Numbered from the stretch's first letter, positions 23,601 through 33,424 are shown. The stretch: DNA of 33,424 bases from Rhizaria sp. SCN 62-66 (GCA_001724265.1 MEDY01000328.1:1-33424); one strand, 5' to 3'. Notes: generated from the sequence alone by a model not told the origin. Numbers and translations are program-made.

Positions 23601-24017
23601 GTCGGTGGCCCGCACGGCGGGGTTTTGTCCGCGACCGCGGCTACGGCTGCAGTGAGCTCTAGGGACCCGACTGGCCGCGACCGGCGCATCGTCTCGGCGC
23701 GCTGCGGGCACCGGCACGTGATCGCATTGGCGCAGTCGGGCGACGTGTGGGCCTGGGGCGCCAACGGGGCCGGGCAGTTGGGCCTGGGCACTGCCATTGC
23801 GGCTACAGCTGCCAACGGCGTCGTCAGTGCAGAGGACGCGGCGGCCGCCGTGACTGCGACGCCCACGCTTGTGCCCGCGCTGGCGCAGAGCGCCGTGTCT
23901 CCCGCGCGGGTCGTCGCAGTGGCCGCGGGCGGTAACGCCAGCGCGGTGACAATGCAGCCGCCCGTGGAGGAGGACGAGGAGAACGCGAGCGGTGACAACA
24001 GCGAGAATTCTCTCTGA
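17673..24017 (+). CDS. MYCBP-associated-protein-like N-terminal region fused to C-terminal RCC1 repeats; 2114 aa if the in-frame TAG at 18834-18836 is decoded
   Basis: ORFs 17673-18836 and 18846-24017 are in the same frame, separated only by TAG GCC GCC GCC. MYCBPAP-like motifs occur on both sides (GPRLGADGRVVSADVVGD; WETTLRG...VPVGGARSGLYCKI; LRNTGDTALRYTW...GIALPG). RCC1 motifs: AGAQHVLALTTTGAVYAWGSNDAGQLGLGD, CGLSFSLAVTASGAVYCWGEGRDGALGHGD, CGHRHVIALAQSGDVWAWGANGAGQLGLG. Ends in TGA. Confidence 0.75.
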
Positions 24018-24485
24018 GCTTATTTCAAGCCTTGGAGCTCTAGTCTAAACAAAGAGATTTGTTTTCACTCATAAGTATATATATTACACAGTTCTGCGCG
24101 ACTTGCGCTTTGTTCTAGATTGTTTTGCAGTGCCCGACATGCAACTTTGGTGTTTGTCAACGGCTATGGTGATAGCGACACGGTCATGGCTCGATGCGAG
24201 ACTTTGTCTAGCTGATCTTTATACACACATTATTCATTATCCGAATCGATATTGAGAAATTCTTTAGTGGTTATGCGTTTATTCATAAAGGTTTCTACTT
24301 GGATTTGTTTTCAGCTTTTCTAAAATGTTCACATGTCCCTATGAATTCCCCATCGATTGTCGCCATCTCCAGACTCTGTTCTCGTTCTCACACCACTGCT
24401 GACAAAGCGTAGAAAAAAGACACATCTCTACATTATCGTTCAGCCACCGCTACAGTTAGTGCGTGTAACACACTCTTATTGAAGT

Positions 24486-25868
24486 ATGAGTGCTGCGCAA
24501 AAGTCGCTCCAAGAGCGGATGAAGCAGATGCAGGCCCTGCGCGGCGGCGGCCTCGCAGTTGGCGCCGCTGCCTCCCGCCCCACTGCCCCCGCGGCCCCAG
24601 TCTCGATTGGACTCACCATGCCCGCGCCCTCCGCGGCCGCCAACGCCGCCGCGGGCACACCTAGTCTTCCCAACGCGCCGCGAGCTGCTGCAATGAAGCC
24701 CGACCCTGCCGCAGCCTCCGCCGCGAGCGCTGCCGTTTCTGCTGCCTCCACAACTACCAATACCGGCGTTGCCCACCGTGTCATTCCCCGCAAGGCGCCT
24801 CCGACCGCATCCGCGCTATCCGCGTCCTCGTCTACTCTGCTTCCCACAACAAACAGCAGCGCCAGCGTTGATGCAACGCAGCAGCCGCAGCAGCCCGCGG
24901 TAGCATCCGATGACGCCCGGGCGCGCGCCGTCGCCCTGCTAGCGGCCCGCAAGAGTGCGCTCGCCCCCGCGCGCCCCGCTGCATCCTCGCTCCAGCCCAC
25001 AGTGTCTTCCACTACCGCCGCGGCGCCCCCTGTCGTGAAGCCTTTCTTGGGCGGCTCGGCGTTTGTGTCGCCGTTCGCACACGCCAACTCAAACAATCAC
25101 AACAACTCCACCTATAGCTCGAGCTCCAGTAGTCGCATTGATATGATCGGTGATGACGCATCTTCTGGTAGCACAGGTGACAGCGCTGCCGCCCCCGCCA
25201 AGCCCGCCTATTCTTCGATCCGTTCCGCCGACGACACTTATGACGGCGACAACGGCCACCACGGCGCCGGTCCCTACGCCAAGCGCTCCCGCTACGGCTC
25301 CAGCTCCGGCGGCGGCCCCGGCTCCGGCCCTGGCGCCCCCGGTGGCGGTGGGGCGCAAGCGAAGGCGGCGTCCCGGACCGTCCGTGTAAGCAATATCCCA
25401 CTGACGGCCTCCGAACAACTTGTGCGGTCGGTCATCGAGGCGGCGGCGGGGGCGCGTGTCCTGCAGCTGCACATGCCGCCCGGCAAGGGCATGTGCTCTG
25501 CGGACCTGGAGACCCCTGCGGCGGCGGCGCGCGCCGTGGGCGAGCTGTCCGGCGCGACGCCGTTCGGCCGGTTCACGGCGCCGCTGGTGGCGCAGCTCTT
25601 CGTGCGCGAGCAGCGCCGTGGCGGCGTGGAGGGCGGCGCCACGGGGTACCAGGACGTCGACGACATCGAACACACCGCTGGACTCTTCCAACAGCAGCAG
25701 CAGCAGCCGGCGAGCGCGGACGCGGCGGCGGCGGCGATGGCGCTGGTGGCCGGCGCGGGCATGGGCGGCGTTGGCTGGGCACTGGGGGGCTCCGACACGG
25801 TGGGGTACTTGCCGCGCGTCGTCATCAGCTACGCGGACTTATACAGCGACAAAAGCGTCATGATGTGA
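24486..25868 (+). CDS. Single-RRM protein, candidate negative elongation factor E (NELF-E)-like, 460 aa
   Basis: RRM RTVRVSNIPLTASEQLVRSVI...LHMPPGKGMCSADLETPAAAARAVGELSG; N-terminal helix SAAQKSLQERMKQMQALR; C-terminal PRVVISYADLY. Ends in TGA. The CDS and RRM are more certain than the NELF-E assignment. Confidence 0.7.
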   Translation: MSAAQKSLQERMKQMQALRGGGLAVGAAASRPTAPAAPVSIGLTMPAPSAAANAAAGTPSLPNAPRAAAMKPDPAAASAASAAVSAASTTTNTGVAHRVIPRKAPPTASALSASSSTLLPTTNSSASVDATQQPQQPAVASDDARARAVALLAARKSALAPARPAASSLQPTVSSTTAAAPPVVKPFLGGSAFVSPFAHANSNNHNNSTYSSSSSSRIDMIGDDASSGSTGDSAAAPAKPAYSSIRSADDTYDGDNGHHGAGPYAKRSRYGSSSGGGPGSGPGAPGGGGAQAKAASRTVRVSNIPLTASEQLVRSVIEAAAGARVLQLHMPPGKGMCSADLETPAAAARAVGELSGATPFGRFTAPLVAQLFVREQRRGGVEGGATGYQDVDDIEHTAGLFQQQQQQPASADAAAAAMALVAGAGMGGVGWALGGSDTVGYLPRVVISYADLYSDKSVMM

Positions 25869-26167
25869 ACGCGATCGTTCGACATACGCAAAGTGTAACT
25901 TCATAACGTGATGGGTTGGCTTGCTGCGAGTGATAACGAACACTTATTGTTGTTTATTCAGTGATTATAATATTAAGTAATAAACTAGAGATGGCCTTTG
26001 TATATCAGACCTTCCTTCTTTTCTATAAAATCGTTGAGAAGAAAACACAATCTGTTAAACTATAAAGCAAATCTGAAGTTCTTGTTGCTTTGCTTGCTTG
26101 TCTCGTCGAATTAGCATGGGATTGCTCATAGTAGTCAGTCATTTCACCAACTCATTAACCAGCTCCC

Positions 26168-29100
26168 TCACTGGATGTCGGTGAACTGCACAGGCCCGAA
26201 CTGCTTGATGTGCGCCGCGAGCGCCGTGGCCGTGCCGGGGACCAGCGGCTGGCCTCCGTCCACGAGCACGGCCCTGAGCAGCCTGAGCGCGTCGCGGCGT
26301 GAGGCGTGGGGATACAACCGCCGCAGCATGGCGACCTCTTCAGCCAGCGCGCCCGTGAGCGGGCCGCGAACCTTTGTCGCCGCCTGCAGGTCGGTGCCGG
26401 AGATCAGGGGCACACTCGCACTCGAGGTCGCAGGGGTCACAGCACTCGCACTGCTGCTGTTGCTGTTGTTTTGGCTTTGACTGTGGACGTAGCCGGGCGA
26501 GTGCGCCGTGGCCGTGGTACCCAGCGGGCCCCACGCCGAGTACACGTGCAGCGCAAGCGCGCGCACTGACCCCGCGCACCACTCGCCCTTCTCGGCCCGC
26601 GGCGGCCCGCTGCAGACAGCGTTGCTTGCGTAGCCGGCGGGCTGCGGGAACCGCGCCCAGAGCGGGCCCGCCGTGGCCATCAGCCCGGCAGTGCGGCGGC
26701 AGGCAGCCGCGGCGGCGCGCGCGCGCTTGCGGAGCCCGGAGATGGCGGCGCGGGACACGCCGGGCGCGCCCAAACTCGCACTGGAATTGGTAGATGTGGA
26801 TGTCGAGGTGCTGACGGTTGCGTCGGCCATAGGCGCCGTGACGTCTGCGGCGTCCTCGGCCTTGTCGACGTCGAAGTCCATCGCGGGACGCGACTCAAAG
26901 CCCACCACGGGCAGCGCCACGACCTGTAGCGCTGAACGGCTCGAATCGTCCTCGTCCTCAGCACCGGGAGTGACGCCTGCGGAGGCGGCGGCGGCGGCGG
27001 CGGCGGCGAGAGAGAAGCCGGGGGATAGGGTGCTGAGAACGGAGACTGCGACGGGCACGGTGACGGCCGGAACAGTGCCCGCGCACTCGTTCACCGCAGT
27101 AGCCGCAGGAGTGGCGGCGGTGGCGGTGGAGGCGGCAGGAGTGCGACCGGTGGCGGTGGTGGCGTTGACCGAAGAAAAGGCGGGCGACACCGCCGGGGAG
27201 GGCGCATTGAGGACGCCGCCGAGGCCAACGCTGCTGCTGCTACTGCTGCTGCTGATGCTGCTGACCGCGCGCGTGACAGAGAGCAGCGACGTCGACGACG
27301 GCACCGGCAGCGGGACTGGCGACAGCGCCCCATCGTCACCGTCGTCGTCGTCACTCTCACTCTTGTCGCGGCCGCAGTCGTCGCCGCCGTTGTTGTCGGC
27401 CTCGCCGTCGCCGATGCAGCTGTTGCTGCCGTTGGCGGCGGGGGCGGTGACCGTGAGCGCCAGAGCCCCGCCAGCGGCCAGCACAGCCGCATCCGGCCTT
27501 GCGTTCGCAGCAGCAGCAGCAGTGGTGGGAGCGGGAGCGGCGGTAGGGGCGCGGTACTTGCGGGGCGGAGCCGTGTAGGGCAGCGGCGCCGAGAGCACGG
27601 CGAGCGTCACCTCCGCCAGGGCGAGCGATACGGGCAAAAACTCACCGGCAGCCGCGGTGGCGGCGGCGAGCCGGGCCGTCCAGGACCCAACGGCCGCCGC
27701 CACCGCCGCAGCGTCATTGGCATTGGCACTCGCACACGCGCTGGCGCTGGCGCTGAAGGAGCTCGCGCTTGCATTAGCGTTGAGGCGGGGAGTGAGCTTC
27801 TGCAGCAACCTGTTGTGCTCGATGGCGAGTCCCTGCAGCTTTGTTGACGTCAGCAGGATCGTGTCGACGGCGTTGGCGTCGGCGAGCGAGAGCTTGAGCG
27901 ACTCCAGCACGTGGTGGTGAGCCAGCGACCGGTGGCGGCCGCGGCCGAGGTGGACGCGGCGGCCGAAGCAGGGCAGCAGGAAGGCGGCCAACAGGGCCAT
28001 CGCAAATGCTGTCTGGGATGGGGACTCAATGTGGGAAGCGGCAGGAGAACTCGTAGACTTACCACTCTGCTGCTGTTGCTCTTGATGCAAGATCCGCTCC
28101 TGGAGAGCAATGTTTTGCTGCTGCTGCGCCAGTAGGCGTGCCTCGACCGCAGCGGCCGAGGCCGGACTGCAGGTAGCAGCCTCTGAGCCGCTACTAATGC
28201 TGCTAGAGAGCTCAGGGCCGGGGGCCAGAGCCCAAAGCCCGACCCTGCGCGCAACGGCGCGCGCCACGGCGTCCCCTGCCTCGGTACTATGGCCGTGAGC
28301 GTGTGCGCGGTGGTCGACGAACAGCTGCTGCTGCGGCGACAGCACACCCGGCGCGGCCAGGAGCACCTCGGCCACCGCCCCAACGGGCACGGAGCCGGGG
28401 ACTTGCCAGCGGCGCACCACCGCCGCGTTCACAGGCGCATTGTTGCTGCTGTTGTTGTTGTTGGGAGAGAGAGCAGAGAGGTCGGGCGCAGGGGTGCGAC
28501 TATCATCCGCAACAACCACGCTGACAGTCACCCCGTCGCCAGTGCCTTCCTCGTCCGCGTCGCCGTCACCTTCGCCTTCGCTGACGCCGGCACCAGCGGC
28601 AGCGGCGGCGGTAGCGGCGGCGGCGGTCTTGGCGGCGGAGGCGGCACGGACCGCCTCGGCTGAACTAGCCGACAGCAGTGCTACCGCCTCCTCCTTGGTG
28701 GGATGCTTCGACGCCTTAAACGTGGCGGGATACCGCCGCAGAAAGAGGTCGTGAAGCGCGTCCATGCAGCGCCAGCCGAGGGACGTAAGCACCGTGTCCT
28801 CGCTGATGTTGCCTAGCCCGACGGCGCTGAAGCTCGCGCCCGCAGTGTCCGCCGTCCCCGGCCGCAGCGGAGGGGCCACGGCCGCGGCGTCGGCGTTGAC
28901 GTGGTTGCTGTTCACCGCCACCGCTGGCGCATGCGCAGCAGGGCCAGTGGCGCCGGTGAGGAGGTTGTTGAGCGCGAGCGCGGTGGCTTGCGCCTTGGCC
29001 TGTTGCGCCAACTGCTCCAGCGCGGCGGGGGCGTGGGCCGCCAGGACCAGCCTGTGCACCACCTCGGGGGAGGCGAAGAGGGGGTACTGAGCAGCCAGAT

Positions 29101-30364
29101 CAGGGTCAACCGAGACGGCGCAGTACGGCAGCGCCACATCAACGTCGCCGTCGTCGGCGCCGTCTGTCATCGCTTGGCCAGCGACCGCGACAGCCTTGGA
29201 TTTCTTACCGCCGCCGCCGCCCTGGCGGGGCGCGATGAGGGCCAGCGCGGCCGCTGACGTCAACAGTTCGGGCGCGGGGGGTGCGAAGATGACCGGGCGC
29301 AGCCCCCAGCGGCAGAGGTAGGCAAAGGCGATGGGCACAGTGCCAAACTCAGTGAGCATCTTGCGCACCTCCATGCCGACACGTTCGCGAGAGATCTTGC
29401 GTAGGATCGACTTGTGGACGGTCATGTGCGCCGCAGCATACTCGATCTCAACGGTGACGCGGAAGCGAAAGCGCGCAGAGAAGCGCGCGCAGCGCAGGAC
29501 GCGGAGCGGGTCGTCGAAGAAGGTCTTGAAGGCCGGGAGCGGGGCGCGGAGGACGCCGCGACGTAGGTCGTCAACGCCGTCGCCGCACACGTCCTCGATG
29601 CGGTCGTCGAGGATGTTGTAAAAGAGCGAATTGAGGGTGAAGTCACGGCGCATGACGTCGTCGCGCGGGGACCCCATCTGCACGAGCGGGATGCGGGAGT
29701 CGTTGTGGTAGACCTCGGTGCGCAGGTTCGACGCGTCGACGGCCTGCCCGTGCAGCTTAAAGGTCGCTGTGCTGAGATGCTTCGACTTGGCCGGGTTGCT
29801 CTTGATCACGGCCACGCGTGAAGACGAGCTCGTGCCGGCGCTGCTGCCCTGCGGCAGCGGCGCACTTGGACTCGGACTCGCACTGGCGCTGGCGCTAGCA
29901 CTAAAGTTTGCACTCTTAGCCGCCGCCGCCGCCGGAGTCCCCACGGGCGGGGTTGTGGTGCCGGTAATCGTGGCGGCTTCTAGCAGCGCGGGATCGTGCT
30001 GCGCGAGGTAGGCGTTAACGAGCCCCGCGAAGACCTCACCCTGCATGTTCTCGAGCGCAATGTCAACGTCGTCGCTGAGCTTGCCGAGGATCTTGTCGCG
30101 GACCCAGCCACCTGCGACGCGCGGAGCCACGTGCGCGATACCGTAGTGCACACACACGGCGCGCACCGTGGCGAAGATCTTCTCCTCGATCGCGGTGAAC
30201 CACATGTCCGGCACGGGCCCGCGAGGCTTGAAGGTCTCCTTGGAGCCAAGACCGGGGTCGAGCTTGGCCAGGAAGGCGCAGACCTTGGGCGGGAACGAGG
30301 CCGTCGGGTGCGGCGGCGCCACAGAAGGGGCAGCGGCGGCGGCGGGGATGTCGGGGGTAGACAT
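26168..30364 (-). CDS. Class II tRNA nucleotidyltransferase (CCA-adding enzyme family, fungal/plant/protist type), 1398 aa with long low-complexity inserts
   Basis: RVAGGWVRDKILGKLSDDVDIAL, NPAKSKHLSTA, NLRTEVYHNDSRIP, RRDFTLNSLFYNI, TFFDDPLRVLRCARFSARF, KISRERVGMEVRKML. ATG 30364 preferred to 30505 because the sequence between them is pyrimidine-rich and intron/UTR-like. Ends in TGA. Confidence 0.92.
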   Translation of the reverse strand: MSTPDIPAAAAAPSVAPPHPTASFPPKVCAFLAKLDPGLGSKETFKPRGPVPDMWFTAIEEKIFATVRAVCVHYGIAHVAPRVAGGWVRDKILGKLSDDVDIALENMQGEVFAGLVNAYLAQHDPALLEAATITGTTTPPVGTPAAAAAKSANFSASASASASPSPSAPLPQGSSAGTSSSSRVAVIKSNPAKSKHLSTATFKLHGQAVDASNLRTEVYHNDSRIPLVQMGSPRDDVMRRDFTLNSLFYNILDDRIEDVCGDGVDDLRRGVLRAPLPAFKTFFDDPLRVLRCARFSARFRFRVTVEIEYAAAHMTVHKSILRKISRERVGMEVRKMLTEFGTVPIAFAYLCRWGLRPVIFAPPAPELLTSAAALALIAPRQGGGGGKKSKAVAVAGQAMTDGADDGDVDVALPYCAVSVDPDLAAQYPLFASPEVVHRLVLAAHAPAALEQLAQQAKAQATALALNNLLTGATGPAAHAPAVAVNSNHVNADAAAVAPPLRPGTADTAGASFSAVGLGNISEDTVLTSLGWRCMDALHDLFLRRYPATFKASKHPTKEEAVALLSASSAEAVRAASAAKTAAAATAAAAAGAGVSEGEGDGDADEEGTGDGVTVSVVVADDSRTPAPDLSALSPNNNNSSNNAPVNAAVVRRWQVPGSVPVGAVAEVLLAAPGVLSPQQQLFVDHRAHAHGHSTEAGDAVARAVARRVGLWALAPGPELSSSISSGSEAATCSPASAAAVEARLLAQQQQNIALQERILHQEQQQQSGKSTSSPAASHIESPSQTAFAMALLAAFLLPCFGRRVHLGRGRHRSLAHHHVLESLKLSLADANAVDTILLTSTKLQGLAIEHNRLLQKLTPRLNANASASSFSASASACASANANDAAAVAAAVGSWTARLAAATAAAGEFLPVSLALAEVTLAVLSAPLPYTAPPRKYRAPTAAPAPTTAAAAANARPDAAVLAAGGALALTVTAPAANGSNSCIGDGEADNNGGDDCGRDKSESDDDDGDDGALSPVPLPVPSSTSLLSVTRAVSSISSSSSSSSVGLGGVLNAPSPAVSPAFSSVNATTATGRTPAASTATAATPAATAVNECAGTVPAVTVPVAVSVLSTLSPGFSLAAAAAAAASAGVTPGAEDEDDSSRSALQVVALPVVGFESRPAMDFDVDKAEDAADVTAPMADATVSTSTSTSTNSSASLGAPGVSRAAISGLRKRARAAAAACRRTAGLMATAGPLWARFPQPAGYASNAVCSGPPRAEKGEWCAGSVRALALHVYSAWGPLGTTATAHSPGYVHSQSQNNSNSSSASAVTPATSSASVPLISGTDLQAATKVRGPLTGALAEEVAMLRRLYPHASRRDALRLLRAVLVDGGQPLVPGTATALAAHIKQFGPVQFTDIQ

Positions 30365-30895
30365 GCGGCGCGGCTCGCTGTGCAGGCAGAAGAGCCGAGG
30401 GGATAACAAAAGGCGTGGGCATGTGATCAAAACAAGTAAGTCGAAGTGGGGACGGAAAGTGAGTGATGTTGTGAAAGGCGTGAGTGCGTAAACGTGATAT
30501 TTCATTCCTAAATACTTAGCTTATGCGGTTTATTGCCGAATGCTATACTAAGCAGCTCCAACGCTGTTCCACTGCCTGATTGACTTTGAAAGACACGGCA
30601 TGCAAATCCAACTCTGACTTGTGGCTAGCCCGAGAGCTCCGACCACACACAGTTTCTAGCTTTAAGAAGGCATAGCTAACGCCATTATCCTTCGTTGCAG
30701 TCGAATTTCATCGAGGTTCCTAAATATCAAAAGACATTTAGCTTTGAATTTGTTTTTCACTCTTTGATACTCGTTGATCTGCGTCTGCTACACTCTATTT
30801 TCTACGTTTATCTCACCAGGCCTCACTCCCCTTTTCAGCCTTCCTTCTCCCAGCCCTCCAGTACACAAACACAACCTTGCCTCCCCGCGCCTGCA

Positions 30896-33424
30896 ATGGA
30901 CCCTGCTCCGTCGTTTAACGCACGCACGCTGCGCAGGCTCGCCGCCGCGCTGGGGGTTGCCTCGGGGCTCCTGGTTGCCCCTGCCGCGGCGAGTGCCTCG
31001 CGCCGTCGTCGTCGTCAGCGGCGCGCTCCCCCCGCCGACGCCGCTACCTCAGTTACTGCCCCTACCTCTGGCGCAGGGACAGCCTCTGCTGCCGTTATGG
31101 CTCAGAACACGGCCCAGAGCACTGCTAATAATGATGGCACAACGAGTACTCCTGCCTTTGGTGCGCCAGCCGCTGCCCAAGATGTGTCTGGTGGTATTAA
31201 GCCATTCGCCTTTGGTGCGGCAGCCGCTGCCCAAGATGTGTCTGGTGGTATTAAGCCATTCGCCTTTGGCGTGCCCCCGCCCGCTGCTGACCAATTAATG
31301 TCTACTGCTGCTGCTGCTGCTGCCACACCAACGTTCTCGTTTGGCGTGCCGAAACCCACTGCCCCTGCCCCTGCTTATGCTTCTGCGTTCGGCGCCGTAT
31401 CCACGGTCGCACCATCGGTTACTTCAAGCAGCCAGGAGCGCGTCGCCGCAGCCACTGACGCTCGCAAAGCGCCGTCCAGTATCAACGTGCCCACTATCAC
31501 GGGCACTGCGCCCACGGTCACCGCCAGTCACCCTCCTTTCATCACCACCACTTCAGACACTGCGGTGGCGATCGCCGTAGGTGTCCCAGTACACAGCGCT
31601 TTCGGCCGCTCACTACCCAACTCACTGCCCGGATCACTGCATGGGTCACTGCCCCGCATCCCTGGGCTCACGTTCACGGCCACGGCGGGCGGCGGCGGCG
31701 GAGACGGCGGCGGCGTCACTTCGAGCGCCGCGAGTCCCCCCGGCCTGACTTTCATCGCCAAAGCGACCGATAACAACAAGCTAGGCTCAAGCTCAGATGC
31801 CACCATCACCGTCACCGAGCTCACAGCCCCGGTCGCTGCTTCTACTGCCGCCAATGAGAGTGCGATTGTGAGTAGGGGTATGGGTGTCAGTAAAGTCAAG
31901 GGCGCTGCCCCAGGTGGCTTTTTCGACTCCACCCCCGTCTCGGCCAGCGAAGCCGACGCCACACAGGCGCTCGCACAAAAACAACAGCAGCAGCAACAGC
32001 AGCAGCGGCGGCAGCGCATGCAGACGATGCTGCAGCGGCAGGAAGGGCTGGGCCGCGGCCGCGCTCTGAGCAGGGGCAGGGAGGCTCATAGTATCGACGC
32101 GGGGGCTGCTGCACCGAGTTTGCTGACGTCAGCAACGGCGGCGGCGATGTCACCTCAGGAGAGCGTTACTATAAAGGAGGCGGGGGGATTTCTTGCGTCG
32201 GCTGTTAAGACTAAGACAACTGCCACAATGTCAGCCCTGCCTGGCAAACCTGGCACGAACATTAACAGCAACAGTGACAAAGGTAATACCACCGTCGATA
32301 ACGGCAATAACATTAAAGTTGGCGGTTTCTTCGACGTCAAGACTGGCGACACGCTGTCGCGTCTGAGTACCACCGGCAAATCAGACAGCACACGCAAGCT
32401 GCCGGCGGCCATGTACGACAACGAAAAGTCTTCCTCTCAGAGTTCCTCTCAGAAGACGGATCCACTGTCTGTGAATGACATGTTGACTGCTGACAACATC
32501 GCGACTGCTATAAGCCCTGCCTCTGGCGCTGGTACTGGGGCTGCTGCTGCTCCTCCAGCCGTTGGCCCTGTTTCTAACTTAGTGTCTGGCACAGGCGTTG
32601 GCACAGGCGCTGGTGCTCCCACAGTTGCTACAAGGGCCACAGCGACTGCGACTCCTGCTGTCGCAGACCTGAACACTCTCTCTAGCGCCACTCCACACGC
32701 TGTCCCCGCCACAGGTGGCACTGCCCCTGGCTCCGGCAGCAGCACTGACGCCGCCGCTGAGAAGAACCGCGGCCGCCGCGGCCGGTTTAGCCGCGACCGT
32801 AACCGCAAGCGCTTTCTTGACCGTGATCGTGACCGAGAGGGTGACGGTGACAACTCGGACTCGCGCCAGCCGGGCAGCACCAGCGAAGAAGACAACAACA
32901 TCAGCGACGGCTTCGGCAGCTGGAGCTGGGGCAGCCTCCCTTGGGTCAACCGCGGTAACGCCGCCAACGCCAACGCTGTCGGTGCTCCCGGTGGGGTTGG
33001 GGCTGAAAGTTCTGCCGCAGGAGGCGGCTCCTCTGCGTCTTCGCTGTCCCTCCCGGCCGGCGTCCGCGCGCTGCCCCAGTCCTACCGCCTCCCCTGGCAC
33101 GCCCGCACCGACGTCCCGACGCTCCTCTCGGCCGCCACCCTCCTCCTCCTGCTCTGCATCTGCCTCGCCCGCGTCCTCCGCCTCCGGCAGCACCTGCTCT
33201 CCCTAGCGCTGCGCACCCTGCTCGCGCTGCCTGCGCCGGTATACCGCTGCCTCGTCTCGGCGCTCGCCGCCACGGGGCTCCTCGCCCTGCCGCCCTCGCA
33301 GTTTGCGCTCGAGGCCGCTTCGCCTGCGGTCGCGGGCGGGTACGCGTTCCTGCAGTCGCTTCACGACGGCGGAGGCGGCGGCGGCCTAACCTCCAGCGGC
33401 AGGCGGTACGCCGGGAACAACAAC
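30896..33424 (+). CDS. Partial (runs off window) low-complexity protein with a few FG-type motifs and a hydrophobic segment near the window end; function unknown
   Basis: Frame from ATG 30896 (MDPAPSFNARTLRRL...) appears open to the end, so it is absent from the ORF track; I spot-checked rather than verified every codon. PAFG/FAFG/FSFG motifs, poly-Q, RD repeats, TLLSAATLLLLLCICLARVL. Confidence 0.75.
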   Translation, partial: MDPAPSFNARTLRRLAAALGVASGLLVAPAAASASRRRRRQRRAPPADAATSVTAPTSGAGTASAAVMAQNTAQSTANNDGTTSTPAFGAPAAAQDVSGGIKPFAFGAAAAAQDVSGGIKPFAFGVPPPAADQLMSTAAAAAATPTFSFGVPKPTAPAPAYASAFGAVSTVAPSVTSSSQERVAAATDARKAPSSINVPTITGTAPTVTASHPPFITTTSDTAVAIAVGVPVHSAFGRSLPNSLPGSLHGSLPRIPGLTFTATAGGGGGDGGGVTSSAASPPGLTFIAKATDNNKLGSSSDATITVTELTAPVAASTAANESAIVSRGMGVSKVKGAAPGGFFDSTPVSASEADATQALAQKQQQQQQQQRRQRMQTMLQRQEGLGRGRALSRGREAHSIDAGAAAPSLLTSATAAAMSPQESVTIKEAGGFLASAVKTKTTATMSALPGKPGTNINSNSDKGNTTVDNGNNIKVGGFFDVKTGDTLSRLSTTGKSDSTRKLPAAMYDNEKSSSQSSSQKTDPLSVNDMLTADNIATAISPASGAGTGAAAAPPAVGPVSNLVSGTGVGTGAGAPTVATRATATATPAVADLNTLSSATPHAVPATGGTAPGSGSSTDAAAEKNRGRRGRFSRDRNRKRFLDRDRDREGDGDNSDSRQPGSTSEEDNNISDGFGSWSWGSLPWVNRGNAANANAVGAPGGVGAESSAAGGGSSASSLSLPAGVRALPQSYRLPWHARTDVPTLLSAATLLLLLCICLARVLRLRQHLLSLALRTLLALPAPVYRCLVSALAATGLLALPPSQFALEAASPAVAGGYAFLQSLHDGGGGGGLTSSGRRYAGNNN
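31154..31269 (+). repeat. In-frame 54-nt tandem duplication (2 copies plus a partial) encoding AFGA(P/A)AAAQDVSGGIKPF
   Basis: 31154-31207 and 31208-31261 differ by one base; GCCTTTGG begins a third copy. Confidence 0.95.

Noticed and set aside
17543-30491. Numerous long overlapping antisense and alternative-frame ORFs
   Set aside because: Expected shadows of very GC-rich coding sequence; translations are Arg/Pro/Ala-rich with no motifs.
1-33424. Suppressor tRNA, other RNA genes, CRISPR arrays, transposons
   Set aside because: By eye I saw no cloverleaf or T-loop signature, spaced direct repeats, terminal repeats or transposase/RT motifs; a covariance-model scan was not possible.

Overview
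Gene-dense nuclear DNA from a eukaryote, probably a flagellated protist. Exons are GC-rich and carry many Ala/Ser/Asn/Asp low-complexity inserts; GT-AG introns are short (about 80-300 nt, donor often GTACGT) and AT-richer. I can support nine genes with their 3' ends in the window plus one partial gene: an HTTM-domain membrane protein, a divergent importin-alpha-like ARM protein, cytochrome b5, a KDEL-tagged PDI/thioredoxin-fold protein, a STE20/GCK kinase, a small mitochondrial membrane protein, a MYCBPAP-like/RCC1 protein, a NELF-E-like RRM protein, a class II tRNA nucleotidyltransferase, and a 3'-truncated low-complexity protein. The main signal is that two unrelated genes each contain a single in-frame TAG inside recognisable domain sequence (18834-18836 on +, 6899-6901 on -). 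All nine gene ends use TAA (4, one directly after KDEL) or TGA (5), never TAG. This suggests a variant nuclear genetic code with UAG read as an amino acid (Gln fits best) while UAA still terminates. Two sites cannot exclude sequencing error, nonsense alleles or RNA editing. All family calls come from motif recognition by eye, not database searches.
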